NCBI GenBank assembly: GCA_964530645.1
Contig: CAZHAI010000001.1
Coordinates: forward strand, 1-30,507
DNA length: 30,507 nucleotides
DNA from: an uncultured Rikenella sp.
GTDB lineage: Bacteria; Bacteroidota; Bacteroidia; Bacteroidales; VadinHA17
Direction: 5' to 3'
Made by a program: the position numbers and the translations under genes. Numbering within the stretch: the stretch's first letter is position 1; the number at the start of each line of letters is the position of its first letter. Shown here piece by piece: positions 26,984 through 30,507 of the stretch. The notes under the pieces are model-generated. The model made no database searches, was not told the origin of the DNA, and worked only from the letters and a program-made list of their open reading frames with translations.

Positions 26984-28546
26984 ATGAGGTCCTCCGCCCT
27001 GAAACATATCCGAACCGTTTTTGCAGTTTTAATGCTGCTTCTGTTTGCATTTCTCTTCATTGATTTCAGGGGTCTTCTCGGGGAAAAGGCTTTTGCCCCT
27101 ATACTCTACCTGCAGTTCGTTCCCTCTTTCCTTAAATTTGTTATTGCGGGTGTGGCCGCCTCAACGGGCTTCATTGTGGTTTTGGTACTCACCGCACTTA
27201 CAGGCAGGACATACTGCTCGTTCCTCTGTCCCCTGGGGATACTGCAGGACGGCATCAGTCGTGTGGGAGGGCTTTTCAAGAGACGCTTCCGCAAATACGG
27301 ATACAAAAAGCCCTATACGATTCTGCGCTATTTTATCCTGGTGGTTACAGCAGCGATCCTGGCAGTCGGAGGCGTTTATGTCCTTACAATTCTTGACCCG
27401 TACAGCACCTTTGGCAGGTTCATGACCTATTTTGCGCAGCCTGTCGTACTCTTTATAAATAACCTGCTGGCATCCATCCTTGGTAAATTTGACATCTATA
27501 CAATTTACCGTGTTGACATTAAGCCTTATGAACTTGCTGTTTACATAGTTCCATCAGCATTCCTCCTGCTTGTCGGCATACTCTCATTCAGATACGGACG
27601 GCTCTACTGCAACACTGTCTGCCCGGTGGGAACACTTCTGGGGTTGCTGAGCAAGGTTTCGCTTTTCAGGATAAGGTTTGAAGATGAAAAGTGCACACGA
27701 TGCGGCCGGTGCGCAATGTCATGCAAATCATCCTGCATCGATTTCCTCAACAAGAGCGTCGATCTCAGCAGGTGCGTCAACTGCTTCAACTGCATTGACT
27801 CATGCAAGGAGAACGGCATGTCATATGGCCTGGTCCGGTTTAAGAAACCAGCCGCAGGTGAAGTCGGTACTGATCCGTCCAGGCGCAGTTTCATTGCCGG
27901 TTCACTGGTTCTGCTTGCCGGAGGATCTCAGCTGGTCAGGGCTCAGGGTACAACTCCCGCCCCCACAAAAGATTCCACAGTGAAGGAGGACAGGCTCTAC
28001 CCTGTTTCACCTCCGGGATCAGCAGGGCTTGAATCATTCACATCACGGTGCACCGCATGCACCCTCTGCGTCAACGCCTGCCCCACCAACGTACTCCAGC
28101 CTTCAGTAAGTGAATACGGATTTGCGGGAATCATGCAGCCCAGGATGGACTTTCACAGCGGCTTCTGCAACTATGACTGCAACCGCTGCACAGACGTCTG
28201 TCCGACCGGTGCCATAATGCCCCTCATGATTGAAGCCAAGAAGCTTACCCAAATCGGCAAGGCAGTCTTTATCAAGGATAATTGCATAGTCCATACCGAA
28301 AAGACAGCCTGTGGGGCGTGCTCCGAACATTGCCCTACCAAAGCATGCCACATGGTTCCCTATGAGGGCAAGCTGCTTATTCCGGAAGTAAGGGATGAGA
28401 TATGCGTCGGCTGCGGCGCTTGCGAATATGCCTGCCCGACAAGACCGTTCCGGTCCATCTTTGTTGACGGGAACCCCCTTCATGAAGCAGCCATCAAACC
28501 CGAGACGGAAGAGATGGAGGCAGTGCCATCCGAATTCCCCTTCTGA
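26984..28546 (+). CDS. Membrane polyferredoxin (NapH/MauN-like membrane domain fused to NapG/MauM-like multi-[4Fe-4S] domain)
   Basis: Several N-terminal TM helices; two CxxxCP motifs (YCSFLCP, YCNTVCP); six ferredoxin-type Cys clusters; internal SRRSFI plus hydrophobic segment. Confidence 0.9.
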   Translation: MRSSALKHIRTVFAVLMLLLFAFLFIDFRGLLGEKAFAPILYLQFVPSFLKFVIAGVAASTGFIVVLVLTALTGRTYCSFLCPLGILQDGISRVGGLFKRRFRKYGYKKPYTILRYFILVVTAAILAVGGVYVLTILDPYSTFGRFMTYFAQPVVLFINNLLASILGKFDIYTIYRVDIKPYELAVYIVPSAFLLLVGILSFRYGRLYCNTVCPVGTLLGLLSKVSLFRIRFEDEKCTRCGRCAMSCKSSCIDFLNKSVDLSRCVNCFNCIDSCKENGMSYGLVRFKKPAAGEVGTDPSRRSFIAGSLVLLAGGSQLVRAQGTTPAPTKDSTVKEDRLYPVSPPGSAGLESFTSRCTACTLCVNACPTNVLQPSVSEYGFAGIMQPRMDFHSGFCNYDCNRCTDVCPTGAIMPLMIEAKKLTQIGKAVFIKDNCIVHTEKTACGACSEHCPTKACHMVPYEGKLLIPEVRDEICVGCGACEYACPTRPFRSIFVDGNPLHEAAIKPETEEMEAVPSEFPF

Positions 28547-28638
28547 GGATATAAAACATGATTTTTGTCGTGTGAGGCAGAGTTAATTAGAGTTAACTTG
28601 CATGCTCTAATTTATTCTCTGAACTTAACGTTCGTTTT

Positions 28639-29061
28639 ATGAAACCTACACATATTGAACATATTGGAATTGCGGTAAATTCAATTGCCGAGGCCCTCCC
28701 TTTCTATGAAAAGGTGCTTGGCCTGAAATGCTACAACATAGAGGAGGTGGCTGACCAGAAGGTGAAGACCGCTTTTTTCATGATCGGGCAGACGAAGATC
28801 GAGCTGCTCGAGTCGACCGACCCTGAAGGACCAGTAGGCAAATTCATCGAGAAGAGGGGCGAGGGAATCCATCATATTGCATTTGCTGTTGACCGGATTG
28901 AGGAGAGGCTTCGCGAGGCAGAAGCTTCCGGCATCAGGCTCATCGATTCTGCACCGAGGAAGGGCGCGGAGGGACTCAGTATCGCATTCCTTCATCCGAA
29001 GTCGACTTTCGGAGTGCTTACCGAGCTTTGCGAGGACAAGAATAGCGAAAACAATAAATAA
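28639..29061 (+). CDS. mce: Methylmalonyl-CoA epimerase
   Basis: IEHIGIAV, KIELLE, KFIEKRGEGIHHIAF, AFLHPKST.GVL.EL. Confidence 0.95.
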   Translation: MKPTHIEHIGIAVNSIAEALPFYEKVLGLKCYNIEEVADQKVKTAFFMIGQTKIELLESTDPEGPVGKFIEKRGEGIHHIAFAVDRIEERLREAEASGIRLIDSAPRKGAEGLSIAFLHPKSTFGVLTELCEDKNSENNK

Positions 29062-29070
29062 CAAGGTTCA

Positions 29071-30507
29071 ATGAACAGTCAGGAAAGAATTAAACAACTC
29101 CTTGATTTCAGGGATAAGGCACGCAAAGGCGGTGGAGACAAACGAATTGAAGACCAGCACGCCAAAGGCAAGCTGACGGCAAGGGAACGCATTACCCTGC
29201 TGCTTGACGAAGGCAGCTTCGAGGAGTTTGACATGTTTGTAACCCACAGGACCGAGGACTTCGGGCTGGCAGACAAGAAGTTTCTCTCTGACGGCGTGAT
29301 TACCGGCCACGGTACAATAGACGGAAGGGTGGTCTATGTCTTTGCACAGGATTTCACTGTCTTCGGAGGATCCCTTTCGGAAACATTTGCCCAGAAGATC
29401 TGCAAGATAATGGACAAGGCCATGCAAGCCGGCGCACCGGTCATCGGCATCAATGACTCAGGCGGCGCACGCATCCAGGAGGGAGTCAGAAGCCTTGCAG
29501 GTTACGCCGAGATTTTTGAACGTAACATCCTTGCCTCGGGCGTCATACCCCAGATATCAGCCATCTTTGGCCCCTGCGCCGGAGGAGCCGTCTATTCACC
29601 CGCATTGACTGACTATATAATCATGAGCCGCAAAAGCAGCTACATGTTCGTCACCGGTCCCAAGGTTGCAAAAGCAGTGACAGGTGAGGATATTACAATT
29701 GATGACCTTGGTGGTGCCGGAGTCCATACTACCAAATCAGGCGTGGCTCATTTCGCCGTTGATGAGGAGAAGGAGGGGCTTGAACTGATCAGGAAACTTC
29801 TGGGTTTCATGCCTCAGAATAACCTCGAGGAGCCGCCTCAGGTTGAATGCGATGACCCAATCGACAGGCTGGAGGACGAACTGAACGATATTATTCCGCA
29901 AAATCCCAGCCAGCCATATGATGTCAAGGATGTCATTGTAAGGGTGGTTGATTATAATGATTTTCTCGAGGTTCATGAAGCCTATGCAAAAAACATCGTT
30001 GTAGGTTTTGCAAGGTTTGACGGCATGCCCGTCGGTATAGTGGCAAACCAGCCCGCATACCTCGCCGGAGTGCTCGATATCGAGGCTTCGCGCAAGGCTG
30101 CACGCTTCATTCGCTTCTGTGACGCATTCAACATCCCGATAGTGACCTTCGTCGACGTGCCCGGTTTCCTCCCCGGATCAACCCAGGAATACGGCGGCAT
30201 AATCATCCATGGCGCCAAACTGATGTACGCATACGGCGAAGCAAACGTGCCGAAGGTGACCGTCACCCTCCGCAAATCATACGGCGGAGCCCACTGCGTG
30301 ATGTCATCAAAACAGCTTAAAGGCGATATCAACTATGCATGGCCTACAGCTGAGATAGCAGTTATGGGTCCGCAGGGCGCAATTGAGGTCCTGGAGGGCA
30401 AAGCCATCAGTGAAATTGCTGACGCAGGTGAGCGCAAGGAGTATGTGGCCAAAAAGGAACAGGAGTACCGCGATAAGTTCGCAAACCCCTATGAGGCAGC
30501 AAAATAT
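29071..30507 (+). CDS. Acyl-CoA carboxyltransferase (methylmalonyl-CoA decarboxylase alpha subunit / PccB-like), 3'-partial
   Basis: Absent from the ORF track because it has no stop in the window. Translated by hand from ATG 29071: MNSQERIK...[23 protein letters not shown]...DGVITGHG...[10 protein letters not shown]...[11 protein letters not shown]...GPCAGGAVY...DVPGFLPG. Open for 479 codons to the edge. Confidence 0.93.
   Translation, partial: MNSQERIKQLLDFRDKARKGGGDKRIEDQHAKGKLTARERITLLLDEGSFEEFDMFVTHRTEDFGLADKKFLSDGVITGHGTIDGRVVYVFAQDFTVFGGSLSETFAQKICKIMDKAMQAGAPVIGINDSGGARIQEGVRSLAGYAEIFERNILASGVIPQISAIFGPCAGGAVYSPALTDYIIMSRKSSYMFVTGPKVAKAVTGEDITIDDLGGAGVHTTKSGVAHFAVDEEKEGLELIRKLLGFMPQNNLEEPPQVECDDPIDRLEDELNDIIPQNPSQPYDVKDVIVRVVDYNDFLEVHEAYAKNIVVGFARFDGMPVGIVANQPAYLAGVLDIEASRKAARFIRFCDAFNIPIVTFVDVPGFLPGSTQEYGGIIIHGAKLMYAYGEANVPKVTVTLRKSYGGAHCVMSSKQLKGDINYAWPTAEIAVMGPQGAIEVLEGKAISEIADAGERKEYVAKKEQEYRDKFANPYEAAKY

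Noticed and set aside
1-30507. tRNA, rRNA, riboswitch, IS or prophage genes
   Set aside because: None was recognisable by eye; intergenic gaps are short (mostly under 160 bp). An Infernal/Rfam scan would be needed to exclude small RNAs.

Overview
Chromosomal window from a Bacteroidota organism, most likely an anaerobic Bacteroidales. Support: TAnnTTTG promoter motifs, a T9SS cargo protein, archaeal/eukaryal-type ProRS and a Bacteroidales-like gene order. Most of it is housekeeping: xerD; aroQ-pyk-DUF6702-like-T9SS cargo-TPR; an orphan cytoplasmic hybrid histidine kinase; nth; aroB-aroC; tilS; an Omp85-like gene; proS; a Tyr/Ser/Gly low-complexity lipoprotein paired with a FadL-like barrel; and mce plus a carboxyltransferase gene that runs off the right end. 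I found no tRNA/rRNA, CRISPR, IS or prophage. The standout is 22.3-28.5 kb. A complete nickel-pincer nucleotide (NPN) cofactor biosynthesis operon (larC-larE-larB, followed by wbqC) has no larA racemase in the window. It is transcribed head-to-head, across 154 bp, with a two-gene unit: a Tat-signal DUF362 protein and a membrane polyferredoxin with an internal twin-arginine motif. The DUF362 protein carries a His187-x9-Lys197...His210 arrangement that lines up with the NPN-binding His174/Lys184/His200 of LarA (LarA sequence recalled from memory). This suggests a possibly undescribed periplasmic NPN-dependent oxidoreductase wired to the membrane. That link is an inference and needs the checks listed.
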